Assembly: GCA_938004065.1 (NCBI GenBank)
Contig: CALKWM010000017.1
Coordinates: 15,342 to 79,341, forward strand
Source of the DNA: an uncultured bacterium
Lineage (GTDB): Bacteria; Patescibacteriota; JAHJAL01
Reading direction: 5' to 3'
DNA length: 64,000 bases
Shown here: in pieces, positions 53,835-63,484 of the stretch
How positions within the stretch are numbered: the first letter of the stretch is position 1
Layout: each line of letters opens with the position of its first letter
Made by a program: the position numbers and the translations under genes
The notes under the pieces: generated by a model
Database searches by the model: none
Seen by the model: the letters and a program-made list of their open reading frames with translations, nothing else
Told to the model about the DNA's origin: nothing

Positions 53835-53859
53835 ACAGGCGACCATATCGGTCGCCTGT
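53835..53859. repeat. REP-like palindrome, copy 2
   Basis: ACAGGCGACC-ATATC-GGTCGCCTGT, sharing the GGCGACC-N5-GGTCGCC core with copy 1. Confidence 0.6.
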
Positions 53860-53904
53860 AAATTACTAGGACAATCGCAAAACCTGAATATATTTATCCT
53901 TTTC

Positions 53905-56331
53905 TTACGCACACTCCGAATACCCGCAATCATGACAAACCATGCAGCCACTTTCATGTTCCACCACTCCTCCACACTCCTGGCAAGTATTGTAATTTGT
54001 TTCTTTTTTTTCTTCCTCATGATGCAAGATCGGTTCCTTGATAGTGTTATCTTCGCTATCAAATTCTAAATCCAACGGTGGACGCAAATATATCTCCAAA
54101 GCTTTGGCAATTCCATCCGGAGACGACAAAATCCTATTTGGACCAAACCCCATCACTTTTCCACTACGAATTCCTTTAAGTTGTTTGATAATCTGACTGG
54201 CTTCAATACCCGACCTGAAACATAGCGAAATCAATCGACCGATTGCCTCTGTCTGAGCGGCTGAAAAACCTCCGGACTTACCCATCGTAGCGAACAATTC
54301 AAACGGCTCACTTTGCTCATCTTGATTGATTGTTACAAATAAATCTCCCTCACCGGTTTCAATTTTGATTGTTTTACCATCCAAAACCCGTGGCCTTTCC
54401 TTGGGCACGATAATAGATCTGGATGGTACAAAATCAACCGCTTCACTATCAAGAATCTTATTTTTCTTCTGTAAATCTTTGGTACCGGCAATATTTAAAA
54501 CCTGTTTATCTCGACATCCATCACGATATATTGTAACACCCTTGCAACCCAAATTGTACGCCATTGTATAGACCTTTCTCACATCATCCTCAACTGCATC
54601 ATGTTTGAAATTAACCGTTTTTGAAACCGCACTATCAACATGCCTCTGAAAAGCTGCTTGAATTTTTACATGCCATTCCGGCGATATATCATGAGATGTA
54701 ACAAAAATGCGCCTTACATCCTCCGGTATCTCCATCATCTCTTGGACACTTCCTTTTTGCGCGATTTTTTTCATCAAATCTTGAGAATAAAATCCCCTCT
54801 GTTTAGCCACCTGTTCAAACAGAGGATTTACTTCCACCATCGCTTCTTTTTGATCCAAAACATTTTCCCGCAAATACGATATAGCAAACAATGGTTCAAT
54901 ACCGCTGCTACATCCAGATATTATGCTGATCGTACCGGTTGGAGCCACCGTAGTTATAGCTCCATGTCTGGACTCTTCCTCTCCCTTTTTAGCAAAAATA
55001 CTCTCCGGAAACTTTCGAAAAGCTCCTCTTTTTTTCGCCAACTCACGAGAAGTTTTCCAAGCCTCTTCTCTGATAAATCCCATCACTTCATCCGCCAACC
55101 GCACCGCTTCGTTGGAATTGTAAGGAACCCCCATTTTCACTAACATATCAGCAAACCCCATCACCCCCAAACCGATTCTACGAATATCTTTGCTAACTTT
55201 TTCAATCTGCGGAATCGGATATTTGTTAGCATCGATTACGTTGTCCAAAAAGCGAACTCCAATACGAACTATTTTACGCAAACGATCGTAGTCAACATGC
55301 AGGTCACCATTCTTTTCCGCCACCATTTTTGCCAAATTAATTGACCCCAAATTACATGAATTATATGGTTCCAATGGCTGTTCACCACATGGATTTGTTG
55401 CCTCGATCGGTCCCAATGATGGCACCGGCAAATCACGATTCGCCCGATCGATAAAAACTACTCCCGGATCACCTTGCCGCCATGCATTTTCCACTATTTT
55501 ATCAAATACTTCCTTGGCACATAATTTACCAACTACTTGATTGCCACGAGGATTAATCAAATCATAATCTTCTCCTTTTTCCAAAGCTTCCATAAACTTA
55601 TCGGTTATTGCCACCGAAATATTGAAATTAGTCATCTCCGATAAATCTCTTTTGCATTCTATAAACTCCAAGATATCCGGATGATCAACACGCAAAATTG
55701 CCATATTTGCCCCACGTCTGGTCCCGCCTTGCTTGATAACCTCTGTCGCACTGTTATAAACTCTCATGAAAGATACCGGACCGCTCGAACGACCCATGGT
55801 TGACTTTACTACATCGTTTTTTGGTCGCAATCTGGAAAATGAAAATCCCGTCCCGCCACCACTTTGATGAATCACAGCCGTATTTTTTATACCTTCAAAA
55901 ATATCTTCAATCGAATCCGCAACCGGCAATACAAAACACGCTGATAACTGTCCCAAAGACCGGCCAGCATTCATCAAAGTCGGAGAATTGGGCAAAAACT
56001 CAAAATTGGTCATTATCTGATAGTAATCTTTAGCCGTTTCTTCACCTGAAGCACCATAATTTACATCAATCTCGGCGATGGCTTTAGCTACCCGTTGAAA
56101 CAAATCTTTTGGTTCTTCGGCAACCTTACCCTCACCATCTTTCTTTAGATACCTTGTATCTAGAACTTTTCGTGCATTTTCCGTTAAATTTATCGCCACA
56201 TCCGGAAAAGACACGACTAATTCTTTCTTTTTGACAAATTTCTTTTTATCCATCACTTTTTGTTTTCTCACAGCTTTTTTAGCTACCTGCAGAGAATCAG
56301 ATAAATTAAGTGACTCAAATAATTCAGACAC
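53905..56331 (-). CDS. nrdJ: Class II (adenosylcobalamin-dependent) ribonucleotide reductase
   Basis: [27 protein letters not shown]; C-terminal TSCPD-like domain and zinc ribbon; no nrdB nearby. Confidence 0.9.
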   Translation of the reverse strand: MSELFESLNLSDSLQVAKKAVRKQKVMDKKKFVKKKELVVSFPDVAINLTENARKVLDTRYLKKDGEGKVAEEPKDLFQRVAKAIAEIDVNYGASGEETAKDYYQIMTNFEFLPNSPTLMNAGRSLGQLSACFVLPVADSIEDIFEGIKNTAVIHQSGGGTGFSFSRLRPKNDVVKSTMGRSSGPVSFMRVYNSATEVIKQGGTRRGANMAILRVDHPDILEFIECKRDLSEMTNFNISVAITDKFMEALEKGEDYDLINPRGNQVVGKLCAKEVFDKIVENAWRQGDPGVVFIDRANRDLPVPSLGPIEATNPCGEQPLEPYNSCNLGSINLAKMVAEKNGDLHVDYDRLRKIVRIGVRFLDNVIDANKYPIPQIEKVSKDIRRIGLGVMGFADMLVKMGVPYNSNEAVRLADEVMGFIREEAWKTSRELAKKRGAFRKFPESIFAKKGEEESRHGAITTVAPTGTISIISGCSSGIEPLFAISYLRENVLDQKEAMVEVNPLFEQVAKQRGFYSQDLMKKIAQKGSVQEMMEIPEDVRRIFVTSHDISPEWHVKIQAAFQRHVDSAVSKTVNFKHDAVEDDVRKVYTMAYNLGCKGVTIYRDGCRDKQVLNIAGTKDLQKKNKILDSEAVDFVPSRSIIVPKERPRVLDGKTIKIETGEGDLFVTINQDEQSEPFELFATMGKSGGFSAAQTEAIGRLISLCFRSGIEASQIIKQLKGIRSGKVMGFGPNRILSSPDGIAKALEIYLRPPLDLEFDSEDNTIKEPILHHEEEKKETNYNTCQECGGVVEHESGCMVCHDCGYSECA

Positions 56332-56354
56332 TTTTCACCTCCAAAATATTAAAC

Positions 56355-56807
56355 TTATTTATTTTTTAAATACTTTAATTCTTTTTCAAAACTCTCTACA
56401 TCTTCAAAATCATTGTAAACTGATGCAAATCTTAAATAGGCAACCTTATCCAATCTTTTCAATAATTTCTTTACAAAAACTCCAATTTCCTTGGTCTCCA
56501 CCACTCGCATTCCCTTTTTTAGAATTTCATCCTCTACCTGGGCCGCCAATTTAACTGCGGTCTGCTCATCAAAAGGACGTTTTTTTAATGCCAATTTAAT
56601 CCCTCGTAATACTTTTTCACTGTCATACGGTTCTTTATGTTTACTCTTCTTTTTGACCATCAAACCTACACTATCCAACTTTTCCAGCGTATTGAACCTG
56701 GTTAAACAATCAACGCACTTGCGACGTCTCTTGATAATCGTTCGCTCATCGTTCATTCGAGTCTCAATCACCATCGTATTGGTTTTTCCACAATCTGGAC
56801 ATCTCAT
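56355..56807 (-). CDS. nrdR: Transcriptional repressor NrdR
   Basis: CPDC...RRRKCVDC zinc ribbon, ATP cone, and VAYLRFASVY. Confidence 0.97.
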   Translation of the reverse strand: MRCPDCGKTNTMVIETRMNDERTIIKRRRKCVDCLTRFNTLEKLDSVGLMVKKKSKHKEPYDSEKVLRGIKLALKKRPFDEQTAVKLAAQVEDEILKKGMRVVETKEIGVFVKKLLKRLDKVAYLRFASVYNDFEDVESFEKELKYLKNK

Positions 56808-56810
56808 AAT

Positions 56811-56858
56811 TCACTAGATTTAGTTATAGCCACTTCAGTATAACAATAGATTTAGTAT
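56811..56858. promoter_or_regulatory. Tandem NrdR boxes
   Basis: TCACTAGATTTAGTTA (56811) and ACAATAGATTTAGTAT (56843) fit acaCwAtATaTwGtgt and are 32 bp apart. Confidence 0.8.
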
Positions 56859-56927
56859 TTTCCTGTGGAAAGATTGATAGTTAAATTCCCATATATTTTT
56901 CCCCGACATCGCTCTTGTCATAAATAC

Positions 56928-56954
56928 AAAAAACTCTCCCGATGAGAGTTTTTT
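56928..56954. terminator. Intrinsic terminator
   Basis: AAAAAACTCTC-CCGAT-GAGAGTTTTTT. Confidence 0.65.
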
Positions 56955-56976
56955 ATCATACTTACTCTTTTAAAAA

Positions 56977-57219
56977 TTACTTCTTGATTTTTTTTACAAC
57001 TTTCTTTTTGGTTTTAACTACCGGTTTCTTATCTGTTACCATAATCTTTTTCACATCACACACCATACCATCACTATCACAATGTTTACTGACCATCATA
57101 AAACCAAGATAAAACAAAATTAGTGGCAAAATAATATTCCAAATTGACGAATCAACCAAGCCCAGAGTTTGTAAAAACCATACTATCGCCACCAAAATTA
57201 AAATAACACCAATCGTCAT
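56977..57219 (-). CDS. Small two-TM membrane protein (LiaI/DUF5668-like) with basic tail
   Basis: GVILILVAIVWFLQTLG..IWNIILP pattern; GGAGG SD. Confidence 0.7.
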   Translation of the reverse strand: MTIGVILILVAIVWFLQTLGLVDSSIWNIILPLILFYLGFMMVSKHCDSDGMVCDVKKIMVTDKKPVVKTKKKVVKKIKK

Positions 57220-57270
57220 AAATCCTCCTTTTAAATATATACATTAGTAAATACAGTTGTGAACAAGAAA

Positions 57271-57660
57271 TCAAGTCAGTGGATCATAACCACTATCAAC
57301 TTCCAAACCGTCACTATAACCATCACCGTCAGTATCTTTACTCAACGGATCTGTGCCCATATTTATTTCCTCATCATCCGATAATCCATCACCGTCACTA
57401 TCCCTCATATTATCACTCGTGCCCAAAATACTCTCTTCTTTTAAACTCAAGCCATCACCATCATTATCCGTTTCTTCTATCCCGGGAATTTTGACCTCGG
57501 AATTATCCATGTTGACTGCACCATATATCCACGGATTTAACCACCAATAATATAAAACATAAACTCCTACCATAAACACAAAAACAAACACACCAAACCC
57601 AATCCAAACAGCTATCCCTTTATTCTTATTATTTTGTTCATCACCGTATATTGATTCCAT
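57271..57660 (-). CDS. Membrane-anchored protein with thrombospondin type 3-like Ca-binding repeats
   Basis: TM followed by DNDGDGL, DSDGDGL and DTDGDGY repeats. Confidence 0.8.
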   Translation of the reverse strand: MESIYGDEQNNKNKGIAVWIGFGVFVFVFMVGVYVLYYWWLNPWIYGAVNMDNSEVKIPGIEETDNDGDGLSLKEESILGTSDNMRDSDGDGLSDDEEINMGTDPLSKDTDGDGYSDGLEVDSGYDPLT

Positions 57661-57663
57661 ATT

Positions 57664-58395
57664 TTACCTAACCTTTCTTCCCAAGAAAAATGCCACAATG
57701 CCTATTGTTAAAATCAAACAAAAACTTACCACTCCAACCAATAAAAAACGATTGTCCCATTGATTAATATTTTCTTGATAGTTAGATAAATTAGCGCCAC
57801 CAACGACATTTTCAACCACCAACTCTTTCGCCCCATCCGCCCGCAAATCAACTTTTTCATCCACTGTTTTTTCTGCATTATCATCCGTAGTGTTTTTCTT
57901 GGAATCTTCCTCATCTTGTTTTTCTTCCTCTTCCTTGTCTTTTTCTTCATCAGTTTTATCCGCAATTAAACTCACTTGCGCACTATTGGAACCAACCGTA
58001 ATCGATCCACTAGCATCAGAAGTGGCCGACAATGACGCTTGTCCGGAAATACCCTCTCCTTGATAATCACTTGACACATTTACTGTAAAGCTTATCGACG
58101 CCCCCTCTCCACTTGCCAGATTATTGATTTGCCAATACGGTTTATTACCATCCCAAAATTGTGGATAACTACTGGACACAAAATTCAATCCATTGGCCAC
58201 ATCCAAATTCATTTCTATAACCGCATTAGTCAAATCCTCCCCCGAATCATTGCTATAACTAACCGTATAAGTAACATTTTCACCGGGCTTTACTTCAACT
58301 TTATCAACTGTTAATCCAACTACCGGCAAATCTGCCGCATAAACAAAATTACTCACCAACAAACAACACCAAACCAAAAAAACTTTTTTAAACAT
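57664..58395 (-). CDS. Secreted DUF11-domain protein with C-terminal TM anchor
   Basis: Signal peptide; VKPGENVTYTV..SN...W.I.NL..G Ig-like domain; acidic linker; TM with basic tail. Confidence 0.7.
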   Translation of the reverse strand: MFKKVFLVWCCLLVSNFVYAADLPVVGLTVDKVEVKPGENVTYTVSYSNDSGEDLTNAVIEMNLDVANGLNFVSSSYPQFWDGNKPYWQINNLASGEGASISFTVNVSSDYQGEGISGQASLSATSDASGSITVGSNSAQVSLIADKTDEEKDKEEEEKQDEEDSKKNTTDDNAEKTVDEKVDLRADGAKELVVENVVGGANLSNYQENINQWDNRFLLVGVVSFCLILTIGIVAFFLGRKVR

Positions 58396-58397
58396 AT

Positions 58398-58982
58398 TTA
58401 CCTCTTATACACTAAATCTGATACTTTTTTTTCGAGCAACAATTGGCCATTATTATCATTAAAAATTTTTATCATTTTATTGGAATCAATTACATCTCTA
58501 CGATCAATCGATATTATTTCATACGGTGAAGAAATTACTTGTGTGTTTGCATCCTCACCAGATGGCTCAAAAACACCCAAATCAATTTTTATGCTATTGC
58601 TCCCCAGATCAACTCCGTTGGTCATCATATAATACCCACCACTATTTTTTACTCCCTGTAACATCACTATCACTATTTTGTTGGCAAAATCAACATCGGG
58701 TTCATAAGCAAAACCTCCGGTATTTGGATTGCGAATATAGTCCGGCCAAAAATTTTTCCAATCCGCTTGATTTTCAATTACAAAAACCGAAAACATACCG
58801 GCTTTTTCCATATCCTCCTCCAACAATTCACTATATACACCATAATTACCTCTATCAACCAAAGAAAATTCTAACGGACTATATTGTTCTTCCCATACCT
58901 TATTTTTTATCCCCCAATACACCGCTCCACAAATTATAATTAACCCTAAAACTACTAACAAATACTTAATTTTATTTGTCAT
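58398..58982 (-). CDS. PrcB C-terminal domain protein
   Basis: N-terminal TM; VDF....V...QG.K.SGGY and TQVISSPY motifs. Confidence 0.7.
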   Translation of the reverse strand: MTNKIKYLLVVLGLIIICGAVYWGIKNKVWEEQYSPLEFSLVDRGNYGVYSELLEEDMEKAGMFSVFVIENQADWKNFWPDYIRNPNTGGFAYEPDVDFANKIVIVMLQGVKNSGGYYMMTNGVDLGSNSIKIDLGVFEPSGEDANTQVISSPYEIISIDRRDVIDSNKMIKIFNDNNGQLLLEKKVSDLVYKR

Positions 58983-58991
58983 CTTATTAAA

Positions 58992-60668
58992 TTAAAAGTT
59001 AATATTGTATATCCTGTCCTGACGATTTTTTATTTTAGAAGCAAATCTCTTTCGATTTCCAGTCTCAAACAAATCCACAAAAATATCTGAAGCCGCGATA
59101 TACTTATCAATTACCAAATCCGCTCCGGCATTATACAAATCAACTGTTTCATGTTTATTGGCCGAAATACTGACAAAATAAGGTCTGTTCTTTTCACATT
59201 CACGGCATATGCATTCCATTAAAATAATATTTTCATGCACATCAGGTATAGTGGATACAATCATCTTGGCTTTGCACACCCCTACTTCCAATAAAAATCG
59301 CTTATCAGTAACATCCGCCAAAATCGCATCATAACCCAATGCTTTTAAATTGTGTACAGTATTTAAATCATAATCCAAAATCACCAAATCTTTTGGCTTC
59401 TCAACCAAACCTTTCAATATTGCCCAACCTACCCGATGACAACCAATCAAAACCTTTTTATTGACCATTTGTTTTGATTGTTCTATCTTGGCAATCAATT
59501 TCCGTCTCTCCAACAATCCAAAAAAGTTGCAAAATCCCAAACACATTTCAGAAGTATTGTACAATAAAATTGAAGAGAAAATAAGCGTCAATAAAATTAA
59601 AGCACTCATTATCGACAATTGAGTTTCATTCAATATTTCAAGACGAAATGACAAAGGCAATATTACAAACCCCAATTCCGAAATGTTCGCCAAACCCAAA
59701 CCAATCACCATAATCACTTTTCTTGGCATACTACCAAGCGCCGCTGTCAACCAACCGATCACCGCCTTAAAAAACATAACCATAATAAATAATGTCAAAA
59801 TCGTTCTCCATTCATGAGACACAATTGTCAAATTGACATTCATACCCACATAAAAAAACAAAAATACCAAAAAATAATCCTTAATCGGATCAAACCAATT
59901 GGCTATCCTGTCCACCTCAAACACTCCTCCCAAACTCAAACCCACCGCCAAACCCACAATCTCTACCGGCAAACTAAAAATTTCCCAGTGAAATACCTCT
60001 ATCCATAAAAACAACCAAGCAATCGACAACAGAAATACTACACTATGTTCTTTTCGATAAACTCGACGAATAATACTGAAAAAATTCCTACCGATATATA
60101 TCATCAATCCTACAGCCAAAAACACAAAAATAATCTTGGCAACAAACTCTCCGAAATCAACTTCAACACGATTTCCGGAAAAGAAAGGCAATACGAATAA
60201 TAATATTGCCACTATCAAATCCTGTATCAACAAAATACCCAGCAAAACTCTACCATGCAAACTATTTAATTCACGTTTATCACGCAAAACCGATGCCACC
60301 AGCAAAGTACTGCTAAATGATATAACGGCCGAAAAAACAAAAGAAACCAACAATGTATATCCAAAAAATGTTAGCATCAAGTATGCTATCGAAAAAAACA
60401 AAATAACTTGAGCAAATGCCAACCAAACAATAGTTCCGCCTATTTTCTCAAAATGTTTAAAATTTATTTCCAAACCAACCGCCATCATCAAAAAAGCCGC
60501 CCCATATTCAGCAAAACTACCTATCAAATAGCTATCCTGTTTACCAAAATGATTTGCTCCAATCAATAATCCTGCCACTAAAAAACCAACAATCAAAGGC
60601 ATTTTCAACTTCTTAAAAAAAGCCGCCAAGACTGCGGACAAACCAAAAGCTATTAAAATATCACTCAT
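58992..60668 (-). CDS. CPA2/Kef-type cation:proton antiporter with TrkA-N domain
   Basis: GLE, FSST, GILLIQD, FFYVG and ISELG motifs; GCHRVG RCK domain. Confidence 0.88.
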   Translation of the reverse strand: MSDILIAFGLSAVLAAFFKKLKMPLIVGFLVAGLLIGANHFGKQDSYLIGSFAEYGAAFLMMAVGLEINFKHFEKIGGTIVWLAFAQVILFFSIAYLMLTFFGYTLLVSFVFSAVISFSSTLLVASVLRDKRELNSLHGRVLLGILLIQDLIVAILLFVLPFFSGNRVEVDFGEFVAKIIFVFLAVGLMIYIGRNFFSIIRRVYRKEHSVVFLLSIAWLFLWIEVFHWEIFSLPVEIVGLAVGLSLGGVFEVDRIANWFDPIKDYFLVFLFFYVGMNVNLTIVSHEWRTILTLFIMVMFFKAVIGWLTAALGSMPRKVIMVIGLGLANISELGFVILPLSFRLEILNETQLSIMSALILLTLIFSSILLYNTSEMCLGFCNFFGLLERRKLIAKIEQSKQMVNKKVLIGCHRVGWAILKGLVEKPKDLVILDYDLNTVHNLKALGYDAILADVTDKRFLLEVGVCKAKMIVSTIPDVHENIILMECICRECEKNRPYFVSISANKHETVDLYNAGADLVIDKYIAASDIFVDLFETGNRKRFASKIKNRQDRIYNINF

Positions 60669-60721
60669 CCTTTTTTGTTTAAATCTTACTTTAAAAACAA
60701 TTTGATTATATCATATTATAT

Positions 60722-61750
60722 TCAATTTTTTTTGTCTGTCCGAAACACAATAAAACCGGCAATAACCGGGCACCAAAACTGGAATAAACGATAAAAAATT
60801 ACCACCAATACCGCCTGTTCCAACGGCAATAAAAAACTGGTCAAAACTGTTGTCATCGATAACTCTACCACCCCCAATCCGGATGGTGTTATCGATATCA
60901 CCATCAACAAACCCGCAACAGCATAACATGACAATAAAACACCAAAACTATACCAATTGCCTCCCAAAGCCGCCACTAGCGATGACAATATCGCCACATT
61001 AAAAAAAATCATCAGTAAAACACTCATCACCAACTTATTCAAACTAAACCAGTTTTTAATTACAAAACAATATCCATCATATATTTCAAAAGCATATTTC
61101 TTTATACTTTTTTGCTTGAATGCTTTGTCTCTTCCTAGTTTTTTATTGATGGAATTAATAAAATTTGCCACTTTCAAGGAAAAATTTTTAAATTTTTCAT
61201 AACTTTCCAACATATTTACCACCACTACCAAAAACAAAATTGCTAAAATCAATAAAATTATCGCCGGAATCAAGATAAGATCATTAATTTGATTTTTTAT
61301 GGTCATATAAAACAAACCAATCAACAAGAAAAAAATAAAAATCAGATAATAAACAACCCAATAAACTACATTTGACAATAACAATTTTCCTTTGGAAAAT
61401 CCTTGTCTGAAACCGTCCTCCATTATTACTCCGATACCCACCAAAAACCCTCCAGATGGCGCAATTACACCCAAAAAATTCGATCTCAATAAAACCCAAA
61501 ACATCCGCCAAAGATTTACTCGAAGTCCAAAAAGTTGATAAACATATTTATAGGCATATGATTGCGATACAAAAATTAGCACTTGAAACACAAATGCCAA
61601 AAACAAAAATTTAATACTAAATTTGTCCCACGAAGCGACTATCGTAAAAATTTCATCCCTTCGAACATATACCAAGTATCCAAACAATATAACTGCCAAA
61701 AAATACAGCAACTTCCACCAACCAAATTTCTTTTTTTTCGTCGAAGGCAT
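60722..61750 (-). CDS. UPF0104/MprF-like flippase (lysylphosphatidylglycerol synthase TM) domain protein
   Basis: APSGG, TPSGLGVVE and YRLFQFW motifs; multi-TM. Confidence 0.85.
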   Translation of the reverse strand: MPSTKKKKFGWWKLLYFLAVILFGYLVYVRRDEIFTIVASWDKFSIKFLFLAFVFQVLIFVSQSYAYKYVYQLFGLRVNLWRMFWVLLRSNFLGVIAPSGGFLVGIGVIMEDGFRQGFSKGKLLLSNVVYWVVYYLIFIFFLLIGLFYMTIKNQINDLILIPAIILLILAILFLVVVVNMLESYEKFKNFSLKVANFINSINKKLGRDKAFKQKSIKKYAFEIYDGYCFVIKNWFSLNKLVMSVLLMIFFNVAILSSLVAALGGNWYSFGVLLSCYAVAGLLMVISITPSGLGVVELSMTTVLTSFLLPLEQAVLVVIFYRLFQFWCPVIAGFIVFRTDKKN

Positions 61751-62026
61751 ATTTTTTTTGAAATAAATAAACTAAAGACACCTTCTCATTATAAATCATT
61801 CTTTAGTTCGAATAATTATTCAATGATAAAACAGAAATTTCAATTCTGGAAATTATGTATTACGTAATAATTAACAAAACTATCTTCCACTCTTTATTTT
61901 CACAAGAATATACCAAAATTCATTCTTACTCGATCAACCCTTCACTTAAATTTACTTGTGTATAACTTCATCTTGTTAACTTTCTATTTATTTTCTATAA
62001 TTTTTATATAAGTAATAAATAATTAT

Positions 62027-63484
62027 ATGATTACAAAAAAACAAAAGGAAATATTGGAATACATAAAGAAATATTATTCTATACATGAATATTCTCCAGC
62101 ACTAGAAGACATTAAAAAACATTTCAGAATGTCTTCTGTTTCCACAGCCCATCATCACGTAAAAAAACTTGAAGAAAAGGGATTTTTAAAAAAAGACGGA
62201 AATATACCTAGATCAATTTCTGTTTTTGAGAATGAAAAAATGGTGAATATCCAATTGATGGGGAAAATTGCTGCCGGTCACCCAATAGATGCAATATTAG
62301 AAAAAGAGACAATTGCAATTCCTAAAAGTAAAATATCAAAACCAGGAAGTTATTACGCATTAAAAGTTATCGGAAATAGCATGATTGATGAAAACATATA
62401 CGATGGAGATATTATTTTAGTTAAACAACAAGACACTGCTGAAAATGGTCAAAAAGTTGTAGCATTAATAGATAACTGTGAAACAACATTAAAACAATAC
62501 TTTAAAGAAAAAAATAGTATTCGATTGCAACCAGCAAACAAAAAAATGGAACCCATAATCATTCAATCAAACAGAGAGATAAAAATACAAGGAATTATTA
62601 TTGATATAATAAATTCACTACCAAAACCACCTTTAAATATTCGAGCAACTGACAAAATTTACAAAAAAAACAAAAAAAAATTAGTTAATAATCAAATAAT
62701 TTGTGGCGATTGCGTAAAAATACTTAGAACTATACCTGATAATTCCATTGATTTAGTAGTTACCTCACCACCATATGACATGGTAAGAAAATATAATGGA
62801 TTTAGTTTTAATCTTCACGAAACTGGCCAAGAATTGTATCGCGTTTTAAAAAATGGAGGCATTGCAACAATGGTCATACAAGATCAAACTAAAAATTTCG
62901 GCAAATCTCTAACTTCTTTTCGCACAATAGTTGATTGGGTCGATAATATTGGTTTCAAACTGTTTGAGACAGTTATATACAGAAAACACGGAACAGAAGG
63001 AGCATGGTGGAAATATAGATTTCGTGTAGATCATGAATACATGCCAATTTTTATTAAAGGAGAAAAACCAGCTTATTTCAATAAAGAACCATTAAAAATA
63101 CCATCGAAACATGGTGGTAAGGTTATGACAGGAAGTGGTAACCGTAAAACAGATGGAACAACTACAAAAACAGTAACCAGAGCAATTAATTCAACAAAAT
63201 GCCGAGGAACTATATGGGACTATTTAAATGCAGGGGACAAAAATCCACTAAAAAGAAAACACCCAGCAGTTTTTCCGGATAAAATTCCTTTTGATTTTAT
63301 TCAATGCTTCTGTCCGCATAATGGGATTGTTTTAGATCCGTTCGTTGGTTCCGGCTCCACAGTAGTTATGGCAAAACAACTCGGTAGAAAATATATTGGA
63401 ATTGATATTTCCCAAGAATATTGCAACTTATCAAAAGAGAGATTAAAAACTGTTAACAAAAGTTTATTTGATAAATTAGAATAA
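62027..63484 (+). CDS. lexA: LexA repressor fused to beta-class N4/N6 DNA methyltransferase
   Basis: Winged HTH, AAG cleavage site, GNSM Ser and TLK Lys; then ICGDC, TSPPY, HPAVFP and DPFVGSGS in the same ORF. Confidence 0.9.
   Translation: MITKKQKEILEYIKKYYSIHEYSPALEDIKKHFRMSSVSTAHHHVKKLEEKGFLKKDGNIPRSISVFENEKMVNIQLMGKIAAGHPIDAILEKETIAIPKSKISKPGSYYALKVIGNSMIDENIYDGDIILVKQQDTAENGQKVVALIDNCETTLKQYFKEKNSIRLQPANKKMEPIIIQSNREIKIQGIIIDIINSLPKPPLNIRATDKIYKKNKKKLVNNQIICGDCVKILRTIPDNSIDLVVTSPPYDMVRKYNGFSFNLHETGQELYRVLKNGGIATMVIQDQTKNFGKSLTSFRTIVDWVDNIGFKLFETVIYRKHGTEGAWWKYRFRVDHEYMPIFIKGEKPAYFNKEPLKIPSKHGGKVMTGSGNRKTDGTTTKTVTRAINSTKCRGTIWDYLNAGDKNPLKRKHPAVFPDKIPFDFIQCFCPHNGIVLDPFVGSGSTVVMAKQLGRKYIGIDISQEYCNLSKERLKTVNKSLFDKLE

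Noticed and set aside
56860-56976. Cobalamin riboswitch upstream of nrdR-nrdJ
   Set aside because: The region is short and lacks B12-box features; it holds only a terminator next to the NrdR boxes.
57664-57780. C-terminus of the DUF11 protein as a sortase substrate
   Set aside because: TM and basic tail are present, but there is no LPxTG-like motif before them.
61975-62010. TTCTA-N6-TTCTA direct repeat as the operator of the LexA fusion
   Set aside because: Low-complexity AT-rich sequence; a similar string at 53789-53804 overlaps a probable -10 element. Not supportable without comparative data.
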